This document shows positions 1 through 12,958 of a stretch of DNA of 64,000 bases, piece by piece. This stretch comes from Tubulanus polymorphus. Lineage: Eukaryota; Animalia; Nemertea. Each line of letters starts with the position of its first letter. Positions within the stretch are counted from its first letter, which is position 1. The DNA lies in assembly GCF_964204645.1 (NCBI RefSeq), contig NC_134026.1, positions 31,768,250 through 31,832,249 on the forward strand, written 5' to 3'. A model generated the notes under the pieces. The model saw nothing but the letters and a program-made list of their open reading frames with translations, ran no database searches and was not told the origin of the DNA. The position numbers and the translations under genes were made by a program.

Positions 1-632
1 GTTCCTATCCCAGCCCGGGGTTCCTATCCCAGCCCGGGGTTCCTATCCCAGCCCGGGGGTTTCTATCCCAGCCCGGGGTTCCTATCCCAGCCCGGGGTTC
101 CTATCCCAGCCCGGGGTTCCTATCCCAGCCCCGGGTTCCTATCCTAGCCAGGGGTTCCGATCCCAGCCCGGGGTTCCTATCCCAGCCCGGGGTTCCTATC
201 CCAGCCCGGGGTTCCTATCCCAGCCCGGGGTTCCTATCCCAGCCCGGGGTTCCTATCCCAGCCCGGGGTTTCTATCCCAGCCCGGGGTTCCTATCCCAGC
301 CCGGGGTTCCTATCCCAGCCCGGGGTTCCTATCCCAGCCCGGGGTTCCTATCCCAGCCCGGGGGTTTCTATCCCAGCCCGGGGTTCCTATCCCAGCCCGG
401 GGTTCCTATCCCAGCCCGGGGTTCCTATCCCAGCCCGGGGTTCCTATCCCAGCCCGGGGTTCCTATCCCAGCCCGGGGTTCCTATCCCAGCCCGGGGGTT
501 TCTATCCCAGCCCGGGGTTCCTATCCCAGCCCGGGGTTCCTATCCCAGCCCGGGGTTCCTATCCCAGCCCGGGGTTCCTATCCCAGCCCGGGGTTCCTAT
601 CCTAGCCCGGGGTTCCTATCCCAGCCCGGGGT
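1..632. repeat. 19-bp minisatellite (TTCCTATCCCAGCCCGGGG)n, truncated by the window edge
   Basis: About 33 near-identical tandem units visible directly. Confidence 0.95.
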
Positions 633-825
633 ACCTCATCCAGCCCAGACAGACATATAGATGGACTGATGGACGTACCTACAACATATACAATATATCG
701 CAAACATCATTCTAACTGTGGCTGACACAACTGCTAATCACCATGGTATCCACTGAAATACTCATCAACATCATTATCACCTCACACTCTTACACACTAT
801 CACACACTCTCTCACTCTCTCAACA

Positions 826-1115
826 GTAGCCTTTACACCTGAACACAGCCTTAACACAGCCTGAACACAGCCTGAACACAGCCTGAACACAGCCTGAACA
901 CAGCCTGAACACAGCCTTAACACAGCCTGAACACAGCCTTAACACAGCCTGAACACAGCCTGAACACAGCCTGAACACAGCCTGAACACAGCCTTAACAC
1001 AGCCTGAACACAGCCTTAACACAGCCTTAACACAGCCTGAACACAGCCTTAACACAGCCTGAACACAGCCTTAACACAGCCTGAACACAGCCTGAACACA
1101 GCCTGAACACAGCCT
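826..1115. repeat. 11-bp tandem repeat (CAGCCTGAACA/CAGCCTTAACA)n
   Basis: Direct tandem periodicity. Confidence 0.9.
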
Positions 1116-1368
1116 AGCACCTAGCGGTAATGAATATTTCTAGGAATTTCTAGAAAGTAAAAGTAGGCCTAGCCTACTAGGGATGAGGGTCACATGAAGG
1201 ATACCAGTTCTAGGCACAGGTGCATTTTTCCCATTTAAAGGATAGTCCAATCATAGGATAATCAGAGAGGATAATCTGAGTGGATAATCTGAGAGGATAA
1301 TCTGAGTGGATAATCTGAGAGGATAATCTGACCTGATAATCTGAGAGGATAATCTGATTTTAACTTAC

Positions 1369-1474
1369 TTCGGTATATCTCCTATTCGAGGAGCTCTCAT
1401 AATGCGATGATGATTTGTAGTTGGTTTTAATTGTACGTTATTCGGTGTTCGTAATTTCAAACAAAGACTCGCTC
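1369..1474 (-). other. possible internal exon of an unidentified minus-strand gene
   Basis: Bounded by ttttttcag| and |gtaagt with an open frame (ASLCLKLRTPNNVQLKPTTNHHRIMRAPRIGDIP); no recognisable homology. Confidence 0.25.
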
Positions 1475-1984
1475 CTGAAAAAACAATATTCATCGTTACC
1501 ATGGTGATACAGATACACTGTCTCCCGCGTATAATGTGTTTATAATCTGGTAGATGGCGCATGCGAGATCAAGACTAGTGTCATCAGAATCGACACATCA
1601 TAGACGACAACCAACATATGATATATCATAGATATTGATATATCATTCTTACAGACATTGATATATCATAAGAGTAGATGCTGATATATCATTCCCATAA
1701 CTATTGATATATCATTCTCAAAACTATTGCAATAGCGTTCAGTTGGATATTGATATATCACTCTTATAGATATTGATATATCATTTTCATATTTCATACG
1801 AGAAAAGAAGATGTTTTTGAAGGTTCAAAGAGTTTATATATAACCTCTTCACAACCACAAACAAATCACAAACAAATCACAAACAAATCACAAACAAATC
1901 ACTTTTTATTCTACAAAAATCTCACATGTGACATAAAACAAACTCCACCCTGTTACATCGAATATAGACTATACACAGTATCAA

Positions 1985-3012
1985 CCTCCCCCTCGCCTAC
2001 CCCATCACAACACCTCAATTACTCCCTCCCCCCATCACAACACCTCAATTACCCCCTCCCCCCATCACAACACCTCAATTACCCCCTCCCCCCATCACAA
2101 CACCTCAATTACCCCCTCCTCTATAACAACACCTCAATTACCCCCTCCCCCCATCACAACACCTCCCCCTCCCCCATCACAACACCTCAATTACCCCCTC
2201 CCCCCATCACAACACCTCACTTACCCCCTACCCCCATCACAACACCTCAATTACCCCCTCCTCTATCACAACACCTCAATTACCCCCTCCCCCCATCACA
2301 ACACCTCCCCCTCCCCATCACAACACCTCAATTACCCCCTGCCCCATCACAACACCTCAATTACCCCCTCCCCCATCACAACACCTCAATTACCCCCTCC
2401 TCTATCACAACACCTCAATTACCCCCTCCCCATCACAACACCTCAATTACCCCCTCCCTCATCACAACACCTCAATTACCCCCTCCACCATCACAACACC
2501 TCAATTACCCCCTCCTCTATCACAACACCTCAATTACCCCCTCCCCCCATCACAACACCTCCCCCTCCCCCATCACAACACCTCAATTACCCCCTGCCCC
2601 ATCACAACACCTCAATTACCCCCTCCCCCCATCACAACACCTCAATTACCCCCTCCCCCATCACAACACCTCAATTACCCCCTCCTCTATCACAACACCT
2701 CAATTACCCCCTCCCCATCACAACACCTCAATTACCCCCTCCCTCATCACAACACCTCAATTACCCCCTCCTCTATCACAACACCTCAATTACCCCCTCC
2801 CCATCACAACACCTCAATTACCCCCTCCTCTATCACAACACCTCAATTACCCCCTCCTCTATCACAACACCTCAATTACCCCCTCCCCCATCACAACACC
2901 TCAATTACTCCCTCCCCCATCACAACACCTCAATTACCCCCTCCTCTATCACAACACCTCAATTACCCCCTCCTCTATCACAACACCTCAATTACCCCCT
3001 CCCCCATCACAG
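1985..3012. repeat. ~29-bp C-rich minisatellite (ATCACAACACCTCAATTACCCCCTCCCCC)n
   Basis: Direct tandem periodicity with a variable C-run. Confidence 0.93.
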
Positions 3013-3734
3013 CACATTCATTGAATAAATGGATAATTAATGCCCACACTCAACCCCCTCCCTTCCCTCCCCCTCCCGTTCTTTTATCATATACTGATAT
3101 TTTCTAAACCTAATTGATGGATCACCCTATTGTTTCCTGAGAAACACGCTCGTTGCCTGGCAACTTATGGCGTGGCTAGAAGAGAATGAAATCGGGATTA
3201 AAGAGAAAAACAGACACACATAGAGACTGGAGTAACATTAAACCAAGAGTAGTTATAATCAATACAAGGTGTGTCTGTTACCTATACTGCAAATATTTGT
3301 ATCCTTAGGATCTAAAAATCTATTGACACAAACTTGTAGGTATCTAGATACGGGGTATCTAGATACCGTCTCATCACAGGTGGATCATGGGGGGGGGGTT
3401 ATTATAACGATATCCTGGATCCAGGTAGGGATACATTCAGCAACAGGTGTCTAGTTATCAGTCACCTGCAGTCATACGTAACAACACCTGATTCAACGGT
3501 CTGTAGTCGGTCACATGACTACAATGGGTTTATAATCGAGCACCAGAGGTTCAGAGTAGGGGTAGGGGAGGGGTGGAGGCAGGGGATGGAGGTGTGGAGA
3601 GGAGGGGTGGAGGCAGGGGTTGGAGGTGTGGAGGCAGGAAGGGTGGAGGGGTGGAGGCAGGGGTTGGAGGTGTGGAGGCAGGAAGGGTGGAGGGGTGGAG
3701 GCAGGGGTTGGAGGCATGTCTGAGTAACTGCGTG

Positions 3735-4412
3735 TGTTTACTAAATCTCAGGGAGGGTTCAGGTGTGTGAGTGTTTACTGAATCTCAGGGAGGGTTCAGG
3801 TGTGTGAGTGTTTACTGAATCTCAGGGAGGGTTCAGGTGTGTGAGTGTTTACTGAATCTCAGGGAGGGTTCAGGTGTGTGAGTGTTTACTGAATCTCAGG
3901 GAGGGTTCAGGTGTCTGAGTGTTTACTGAATCTCAGGGAGGGTTCAGGTGTGTGAGTGTTCACTGAATCTCAGGGAGGGTTCAGGTGTGTGAGTGTTCAC
4001 TGAATCTCAGGGAGGGTTCAGGTGTGTGAGTGTTCAGGTGTGTGAGTGTTCAGGTGTGTGAGTGTTCAGGTATGTGCGTTTACTGAATCTCAGGGAGGGT
4101 TCAGGTGTGTGAGTGTTCAGGTGTGTGCGTTTACTGAATCTCAGGGAGGGTTCAGGTGTGTGAGTGAATCTCAGGGAGGGTTCAGGTGTGTGAGTGAATC
4201 TCAGGGAGGGTTCAGGTGTGTGAGTGAATCTCAGGGAGGGTTCAGGTGTGTGAGTGTTTACTGAATCTCAGGGAGGGTTCAGGTGTGTGAGTGTTTACTG
4301 AATCTCAGGGAGGGTTCAGGTGTGTGAGTGTTTACTGAATCTCAGGGAGGGTTCAGGTGTGTGAGTGTTCAGGTGTGTGAGTGTTCAGGTGTGTGAGTGT
4401 TCAGGTGTGTGA
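3735..4412. repeat. 37-bp minisatellite (GTGTTTACTGAATCTCAGGGAGGGTTCAGGTGTGTGA)n
   Basis: Direct tandem periodicity with truncated variants. Confidence 0.92.
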
Positions 4413-5289
4413 GAGTGTTTATGTGTCACATGCACTGAATAACACTTTATTATTCTATAGAATCTGATTATTTCTATTTCGTGTTAATTCTAGGGAATTT
4501 ATGCCGATGTATTATATGTTATTCAAGTTGATTTGGCTCTGAGCCAATAACTGTTGATTTAGAGGTAAAACTAACTCCATATCGCAGAAACCCGTCGTCT
4601 TTCAATACACATTCAATTCTACAAATCATTTCATTAATTTTAATTAATTAATTAAGTTTGAACCGATTTTAATTTCTTACTTAATTATTCAATGGAAACA
4701 TAATAACTGTAAGTGTGCCGTACGTGTGCCGTACGTGTGCCGTACGTGTGCCGTACGTGTGCCGTACACAGATAACATACCTTGTACTTGAAGAGGTGTG
4801 AATTGATGAATATTATCCATAGTTTAAACACGATTAACGTATGACTTCACGAATGAGATACAATGAGTTCTCAGTCTAAACACTGTACGGGACCGTCTCA
4901 TCATAATCAATAGATTATACAGTCACTATACGTCGCGTGTGTTATTGATAGTCGGTCCCTCAATTACTCATTGACTGTGAGATTAGACAATTACTATTAA
5001 TGATATAAATTGATTAATTAATGGTCTCTCCGGAGACATCTAACTCTCTACTCAGCCCGCACCTCTCTTCCTCTCTCTCTTCTCTTTTATTCACCAAATT
5101 ATAATCCTTTATCATCTATAACAATACAACCTCGTAACCATGGCAATTGGCTCTCATTTAGAGAGGAGAGAGAGAGAGCGTTGAGAGGAGATGGATAAAT
5201 CATTAATGGGTTATAGTGAGTATTATATCATATACATTAAACACAGTAACCACAACATGAACATAACCTCCTCTTAGTGACCAGCAGAA

Positions 5290-6160
5290 TGAGTGAGGCT
5301 AGGGAGTGGGTTGTGAGTGAGGCTAGGGAGTGGGTTGTGAGTGAGGCTAGGGAGTGGGTTGTGAGTGAGGCTAGGGAGTGGGTTGTGAGTGAGGCTAGGG
5401 AGTGGGTTGTGAGTGAGGCTAGGGAGTGGGTTGTGAGTGAGGCTAGGGAGTGGGTCTCGAGTGAGGCTAGGGAGTGGGTTCTGAGTGAGGCTAGGGAGTG
5501 GGTTCTGAGTGAGGCTAGGGAGTGGGTTGTGAGTGAGGCTAGGGAGTGGGTTGTGAGTGAGGCTAGGGAGTGGGTCTCGAGTGAGGCTAGGGAGTGGGTT
5601 GTGAGTGAGGCTAGGGAATGGGTCTCGAGTGAGGCTAGGGAGTGGGTTGTGAGTGAGGCTAGGGAGTGGGTTGTGAGTGAGGCTAGGGAGTGGGTCTCGA
5701 GTGAGGCTAGGGAGTGGGTTCTGAGTGAGGCTAGGGAGTGGGTTCTGAGTGAGGCTAGGGAGTGGGTTCTGAGTGAGGCTAGGGAGTGGGTTCTGAGTGA
5801 GGCTAGGGAGTGGGTCTCGAGTGAGGCTAGGGAGTGGGTTGTGAGTGAGGCTAGGGAGTGGGTTGTGAGTGAGGCTAGGGAGTGGGTTGTGAGTGAGGCT
5901 AGGGAGTGGGTTGTGAGTGAGGCTAGGGAGTGGGTCTCGAGTGAGGCTAGGGAGTGGGTTCTGAGTGAGGCTAGGGAGTGGGTTCTGAGTGAGGCTAGGG
6001 AGTGGGTTCTGAGTGAGGCTAGGGAGTGGGTTCTGAGTGAGGCTAGGGAGTGGGTTCTGAGTGAGGCTAGGGAGTGGGTTGTGAGTGAGGCTAGGGAGTG
6101 GGTTCTGAGTGAGGCTAGGGAGTGGGTTCTGAGTGAGGCTAGGGAGTGGGTTGTGAGTGA
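5290..6160. repeat. 24-bp minisatellite (GAGTGAGGCTAGGGAGTGGGTTGT)n
   Basis: About 36 units in three variants; source of the spurious SEAREWVV ORFs. Confidence 0.95.
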
Positions 6161-6282
6161 AGGACACAAGCACACACACCTGTTAACACGTGCACACTAC
6201 CAGAGTCTGACACCTACCTATACCCATAATACTGTGATGAGTTGAACCTGAAAAAATACATACATAAACATCATATATAGCA

Positions 6283-7085
6283 GGACACCTTCCGATGGAC
6301 ACCTACTGGACACCTTCCGATGGACACCTACTGGACACCTACAGTTAGACACCTACAGTTAGACACCTACAGTAGACACCTACAGTAGACACCTTCCGAT
6401 GGACACCTACTGGACACCTACAGTTAGACACCTACAGTTAGACACCTACAGTAGACACCTTCCGGTGGACACCTACAGGACACCTACAGTTAGACACCTA
6501 CAGTTAGACACCTACAGTTAGACACCTACAGTAGACACCTTCCGGTGGACACCTACAGTTAGACACCTACAGTTAGACACCTACAGTTAGACACCTACAG
6601 TTAGACACCTACAGTTAGACACCTACAGTTAGACACCTACAGTAGACACCTTCCGGTGGACACCTACAGGACACCTACAGTTAGACACCTACAGTTAGAC
6701 ACCTACAGTTAGACACCTACAGTTAGACACCTACAGTTAGACACCTTCCGGTGGACACCTACTGGACACCTACAGTTAGACACCTACAGTTAGACACCTA
6801 CAGTAGACACCTTCCGGTGGACACCTACAGGACACCTACAGTTAGACACCTACAGTTAGACAACTACAGTTAGACACCTACAGTTAGACACCTTCCGGTG
6901 GACACCTACAGTTAGACACCTACAGTAGACACCTTCCGGTGGACACCTACAGGACACCTACAGTAGACATCTACAGGACACCTTCCGGTGGACACCTACA
7001 GGACACCTACAGTAGACATCTACAGGACACCTTCCGGTGGACACCTACAATCGACATCTACAGGACACCTACAGTAGACACCTGT
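6283..7085. repeat. 13-14-bp minisatellite (GACACCTACAGTTA / GACACCTTCCGGTG)n
   Basis: Direct tandem periodicity. Confidence 0.92.
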
Positions 7086-8583
7086 AGTTGGACACACGCG
7101 TCCCAAACCTCATCACTCTTACCTGCTTCGTGTGTTTATGTCAACTTATATCAAAATATAATGCATAGGTTTTCACGATCTCATGAGTGCAATACAATAA
7201 CAGGGGGTCAGTTAGTAAAAGCAGGGGGGGTGGGGGTCAAGCAGTTGGGGGGGGGGGAGTTAGTTATTAGTGCCAGTACTAAGTCAGACTCAAGCCTAAC
7301 TCCAGACAGTGATTCCAAATTTGAGACTTAAGTCCAAAAATGGTCTTAAAATCTCAAGACTGGTCTCGAGATGGTCTTAGTCTAAACCGTGAACATGCGC
7401 CCTATTATACTAGTCCGGCCTTGGTGTAAATAATCTAGTGTAGCCATTGTTCCTGAAACAACAGAAGTACCGCAACCCCCCCTAAGGGCTACTCGTGCAA
7501 CCCCCCCTAGGAGTTACTCGTGCAACCCCCCCTAAGGGTTACTCGTGCAACCCCCCCTAGGGGTTACTCGTAATATCAAGGGGTTAGCCCTATAGTAGTC
7601 AGTAACCCGTCTATGGTTTAGTTTCACAAATCACACCGGATCTCTGTCTTGTGGACTTTTCAATGAATAAACATGAAATAATACCTTTAAATCAGCCAAG
7701 AGCTCTGTTGGATTAGCAGATGAGCCCAATTGGACACTAGCCGAGCCCAATTAGATAGTAGCCAGTGGCTGTTTTATATCCCTCTACTCTTCTAATCCAT
7801 CTCTATCTCCTCACAGTATCAATATTATAATTCACGTCTGCACAGAGGTCGGGTGCGGAAGTCAATCCGAGGTCGGTCCACCGAGATTCGTCTAAATTCC
7901 GCTGTTAATTAATGTTTCTGAGAACTGTATGTAAGTAGTTTATACCGCTGTATCAAATCCAAGTGTAATCATTGTTTTGTTGCGTTGCCATGGATTCCTT
8001 ACCGGAAAAGATGGATATCCGGGATGAGTTTCTATGGTAACAAGATGCTGTAGATAGATGATGAGAATGAACAATGCCTACCCGTGTATTGTGGAATCAG
8101 CTGTAGAGATGGCCCTAGAGATGGTCGTTCAGGCTGGGCACATGCCCCGCACTGATGCGGGTTCTGGTAACCTGGTGTCTGCTCGTTTCAGGATCCGGGC
8201 CCATATCCGATTAAAAGCTGCTTACCACAAACGATTAGGTAACTACTGCAGCTCCTCCAGTCTTGATCCTCTCACTAACGGTATTACATTCACATCGGTG
8301 ATAAAATATTCCATCACTGATGACCGGGGTCCGCTGTCATGTAGTTTCATCGGTGAATCTTACCGTTTCATCTATAAATCAATTTAAATTTGACTTTCTG
8401 AATAAATTAATTCGAATTTATCTTGGTAAATAAACAAACTTGAATTTGTCTTTGGTCAATATATTATTGAATTGAATTGTGATTGAATATGTCAAGGTCA
8501 AAGTGGAGCGATGAACTGTCAGATTTTGTTTATTTAGTTTCATCTGATCAGCTGCGTCACTTTGTTTACTGTAACTGTGTGAA

Positions 8584-11220
8584 ATGGATGAAGACGCGAG
8601 GAAAAGAAAAACGGTAAAAAATAGAAAACGTCTGTGACTGTGAGTGAGTGAGGAGGAGCCCTCAAAGTCACTCACAGCCCCTCATCATCCTCCTACCGCC
8701 GGGTTGTAGTAGGTTTATGATATGTTTTCGATCTGTTTGTAGAATTTCGTGAGTCCGATCAAGAAAGGATTATTTTCGGGTAAAAATGAGAAATTAGAAA
8801 AACAGCGTCCGAAATCGATGGAAATGTCAGCGGCGGCAGCAGCAGCAGCAGCGGAAAGACGACCTTTAAACGATTACGTGTTAGCTCCACCTGATTATAC
8901 CATCAATACACAGATACTCATGGAAAACTACATCGAAAAAGAAGTAAAGGTATCGGTATCTAGATACACATCTGTATCAATTATAGATACAGCATTCATT
9001 CTGGATGGTGTCCACTAACCTCTAGACTCATCTCGATTCATTTTAGTTTTTAGGGGTGATTCCTGATATTCCGTCTCATCTCGATTCGTTTTAGTTTTTA
9101 GGGGTGATTCCTGATATTCCGTCTGATCTCGATTCGTTTTAGTTTTTAGGGGTGATTCCTGATATTCCGTCTCATCTCGATTCATTTTAGTTTTTAGGGG
9201 CGATTCCTGATATTCCGGCTCATCTCGATTCATTTTAGTTTTTAGGGGTGATTCCTGATATTCCGGCTAATCTCGATTCATTTTAGTTTTTAGGGGTGAT
9301 TCCTGATATTCCGGCTAATCTCGATTCATTTTAGTTTTTAGGGGTGATTCCTGATATTCCGTCTCATCTCGATTCATTTTAGTTTTTAGGGGTGATTCCT
9401 GATATTCCGTCTCATCTCGATTCAACAATGAGAACAGAAATACTCAGAATCATAGACAGAGGCAAGGTACGGTATTTTTCAGCTGAGGGGAGGGGAGGAA
9501 GGGAGCAGGATTACTAATGAGATGTTTATATCTGTCCCACAGAAACAGGAAGTCATCCCGTGGTGTGTCAATTCGTCTCATTCAGCTATATTCAGTTTAA
9601 GCGCGTATAACGTAAAGATCTCTCGTCGTCATGGTGATGAGGAGTTATTGTTACGTGTTCCGATACACGATATCGCCGCCATCTGTTACATCAAAGACGA
9701 CGCTACTCATTTACTCGGACTGAAATACGGTAAATATCTTATTTAACCAATCAGCAGTCTCTATTTCATCATTCGACCAATCAGCAGTCTCTATTTCATC
9801 ATTCGACCAATCAGCAGTCTCTATTTCATCATTCGACCAATCAGCAGTCTCTATTTCATCATTCGACCAATCACCAGTCTCTATTTCTATTTCAAATCTC
9901 TGTTTTTAGGGGATCCTAACTCAAACAAAGACATGTGTAATTTAGTGGTTTTACATTGCGATAGTCGGGTAATTACTGTAAACAATTCATTCATACAAAC
10001 ACATTGAATCATTATTTACAGTAATTACGAATGTTTCTATATTTTCTGTAGACGAAAGCTGAAGAATTGTGTTCTCTGATTGGTCAATGTTTTCAGCTAG
10101 TATACACTGATGCAACAATGCAGTTTTTAGATCGACAGTTAGCCGATGTTCACAGCGGTTTATCTATCGGTTCTATTACTCCTCAAAGCGGTAAGCGACC
10201 GGTGCTGCCCTCTATTCCTCAAACTCTGAACTTCATTAAACCTCGGATATTTTCTATTTTAGATAATTCCTCGAATTTACCCAAACAAATCGATGACCTA
10301 TTCGACCCTCAGTGTCATGCGTTGTATGTATTACGCACCAGTATTACAGGTATTACTGTTATTTCTGCGCCGTAACTCACCGGAGATAATCATTTGAAAT
10401 CGTTTCAGTTTAACCGAATCGATTGTTGACGGTAGTCATTTATCGAGTGTTTCAAGGTCGTTACGGATGCCTAGTCGTAGAATCAGCGTAGGACGCAGTA
10501 GCGAAACTCAGAGTGATTTAAGCCAATCAGCCACTGATCTCTTACACGATTATATGAAACGGGTATGTGTGTATCGTGTGACAGGCACATGTTACAGGCA
10601 CATGTAACATGTATCCTCCTCTTATTTTTCAGTTACACACTAAACTAAGCGCCGATGAATTACGTTGTTTTGCGATGTTATTAAAAGCGTGGCACACTGA
10701 TTTACCTTTCAACGAATTCTGTCAGAAAGTTTTAGAACTTTATGGGGACGACAGGAAATATTTATTAACGGGTCAGATTAATATTTGTAAGATTCGAGAT
10801 TTATTCAGAAATTCATTTCCCTGATTGTTTTTTCGCTGTATTCGATTCCAGGAATGCGTCCATTTATTCCTGAATCCGATTATGGATTTTTTGAACATTT
10901 TCTCGAGCAGAACGAAGTAACAAGCGGTCCCGGATATACATCATTATCGGGGGAATTCTCTACGAGATATAGGTACGTTACTTACCAGAACACGCTGACG
11001 ATATCCACTAGGGGGCGTTGTAATGTGTTTTGATTGTTTTTACAGGAGAACGTTGAGTGAAACGTCCGGTTACAGCCTCACAGACACAGATCACCCTCAA
11101 CACGATGATGTCATGAATATGGATGAATTTGATAAAATATTTAAAGATATCACGGCACAAATAGAAACATTAGAGGCTAGTGTCGATACTAACACTAGTT
11201 ATAACTCATATCTCACTTAA
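8584..11220 (+). CDS. CCM2: Cerebral cavernous malformations 2 protein (malcavernin); PTB + harmonin-homology domain, 11 exons
   Basis: Exons 8584-8613 (MDEDARKRKT), 8743-8949 (..ERRPL..NYIEKEVK), 9383-9466 (FLGVIPDIPSHLDSTMRTEILRIID), 9543-9729 (SLSAYNVK..LRVPIHDIAAICYIKDD), 9910-9968, 10052-10190 (AEELCSLIGQCFQLVYTD), then exons giving LSQSATDLLHDYM, LHTKLS..ELYGDDRKYLLTGMRPFIPE and DEFDKIFKDITAQIETL. These match recalled human CCM2 motifs. Introns are GT-AG with consistent phases; AATAAA near 11321. Confidence 0.95.
9025..9423 (+). repeat. 48-bp minisatellite made of the CCM2 intron-2 acceptor plus the start of exon 3 (8 copies)
   Basis: Unit TTTTTAGGGGTGATTCCTGATATTCCGTCTCATCTCGATTCATTTTAG; the last copy runs into exon 3. 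Confidence 0.93.
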
Positions 11221-11558
11221 TCACCACCAGATGGAGTACTAGTAGTCACAGTTTACTTCACCTTTTTGTCACATGGTGGCGTCAGTGTCAGTATGTTATA
11301 TGTCAGTTATATTTGTATAGAATAAATATTTATGAAGATCTTTTAGAAATTGAAGTCCATTTATTTGAGTGGGAGGAGAGAGGTGAAGAGATTGAGATCC
11401 AGAGGATGAAGCCATGAAGATAAATAATTTGATATCTTGTAAAACATTGAAACTATTTATTTAAAAATTATGTGAGATTAACGAAGAGGACTGAAAGTGT
11501 GGATAATTCCACATTCCACCAGATCATTGAAGTGGAATCGACTAGAAAAGACAGTTGT

Positions 11559-12958
11559 TTACGTTGTGGACGTTCCTTTATGGATAATAGAATCAAATAT
11601 AATGTTTAAACTATGACAAATTCTACGAGCTTGATCCTGAAATAAACGCAATAATCAAAATCAGATATATATCACACCAGTAGGGGTCGCCACTGTATGT
11701 AATTATACATACCTCAGATTTACACTGGAATACATAACAACTAGACCCGGATTTACCAACTTGACTAATCCTTAATCCTAGATTAGCTTTACCTAATCCA
11801 TCCTGATAGTGGATTATTTGAGCTACTTGTTGTAACGGATGTCTCTGATAAACTTCCTGTCAATAAACAATTACAGTGAAATCAAAACCATCGTTCCACC
11901 AGACACCTACCCTCCCCCCCTGATCCTGGTTCCCCCCTGATCCTGGTTCTCCCCCCCCCCCCCGATAGACAGTCTCTTTTACCTCTGTGTTTGGATTTGT
12001 CACTTTTATTCCATGTTTTGAGATGATCATGTTGATTATTTGTTCATCTTTTAAAACTATGTCTATTTTTCCTTCCAACTGAAAACATACAAAATAGGCA
12101 CATCAGCATCAGTGGACAGAGGGGTGGGGCATCTGTGAGATCTCACTGAGGGGATGATACTATCTGTGAGATCTCACTTGAGTGGATACGAGGGGATGAT
12201 ACCGAGATCTCACTGAGTGGATAGAGGGGGATGATACTGAGACCTCACTGAGTGGATAGAGGGGGATGATACTGAGACCTCACTGAGTGGATAGAGGGGG
12301 ATGATACTGAGACCTCACTGAGTGGATAGAGGGGGATGATACTGAGACCTCACTGAGTGGATAGAGGGGGATGATACTGAGATCTCACTGAGGGGGATAC
12401 GAGGGGGATGATACTGAGACCTCACTGAGTGGATAGAGGGGGATGATACTGAGATCTCACTGAGGGGGATACGAGGGGGATGATACTGTTATTGAGATCT
12501 CACTGAGTGGATAGAGGGGGATGATACTGAGATCTCACTGAGGGGATGATACTGTTATTGAGATCTCACTGAGTGGATACGAGGGAGTTGATACTGTCTC
12601 TGAGATCTCACCTGACAATCTTCAATTTTCTCAATCAGTTGAACCTCAATGTCTTGCTGAGCGTTATAATTCAGAGTGATATCATTGATAAACCCGAGAT
12701 AACCGAGTTGAAACTGAATAATACGACTGAGCGAGCCCGCACGACCTTCAATCAACATCTCACGACTTCCAAATAATGTTTCATTACTCGACGTATGAGA
12801 CTGAAATATAAACAGACGCAATCAGCAGAACTAACAACTGGACCTTGCTTCACGTGTGACCCTCCTGTCGGTCGTACCTGATTTCCACCAGAGTCTAGCG
12901 ACTCTCTGCTGCCTGATGTTACAAGAATCGTTTTTGATGATTTATTTTTCTTAAACAT
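11559..12958 (-). CDS. ITGB1BP1: Integrin beta-1-binding protein 1 (ICAP-1), PTB-domain protein, ~195 aa, 5 coding exons
   Basis: Phase-0 exons 12958-12878 (MFKKNKSS..), 12800-12612 (QFQLGYLGFI..LIEKIEDCQ), 12078-11983 (LEGKI..IISKHGIKV), 11856-11713 (EVYQRHPL..YQDGLGKANL..CYVFQCKSE), 11636-11559 (DQARRICHSLNIIFDSII..*). These parallel recalled human ICAP-1 segments MFRKGK / EFRIKYVGAI / GVSKYGIKV / YDDGLG / WVYQC / EQAQAICKVLSTAFDSVL. Confidence 0.88.
12135..12611. repeat. ~35-bp minisatellite (GAGATCTCACTGAGTGGATAGAGGGGGATGATACT)n in ITGB1BP1 intron 2
   Basis: Direct tandem periodicity; abuts the exon-2 donor. Confidence 0.9.

Noticed and set aside
5237-6245. Long ORFs in several frames (THSLASL/SEAREWVV repeats)
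   Set aside because: Artefacts of a stop-free 24-bp minisatellite; no unique coding flanks.
8058-8387. 109-aa ORF upstream of CCM2
   Set aside because: No recognisable homology; the CCM2 start is explained by ATG 8584.
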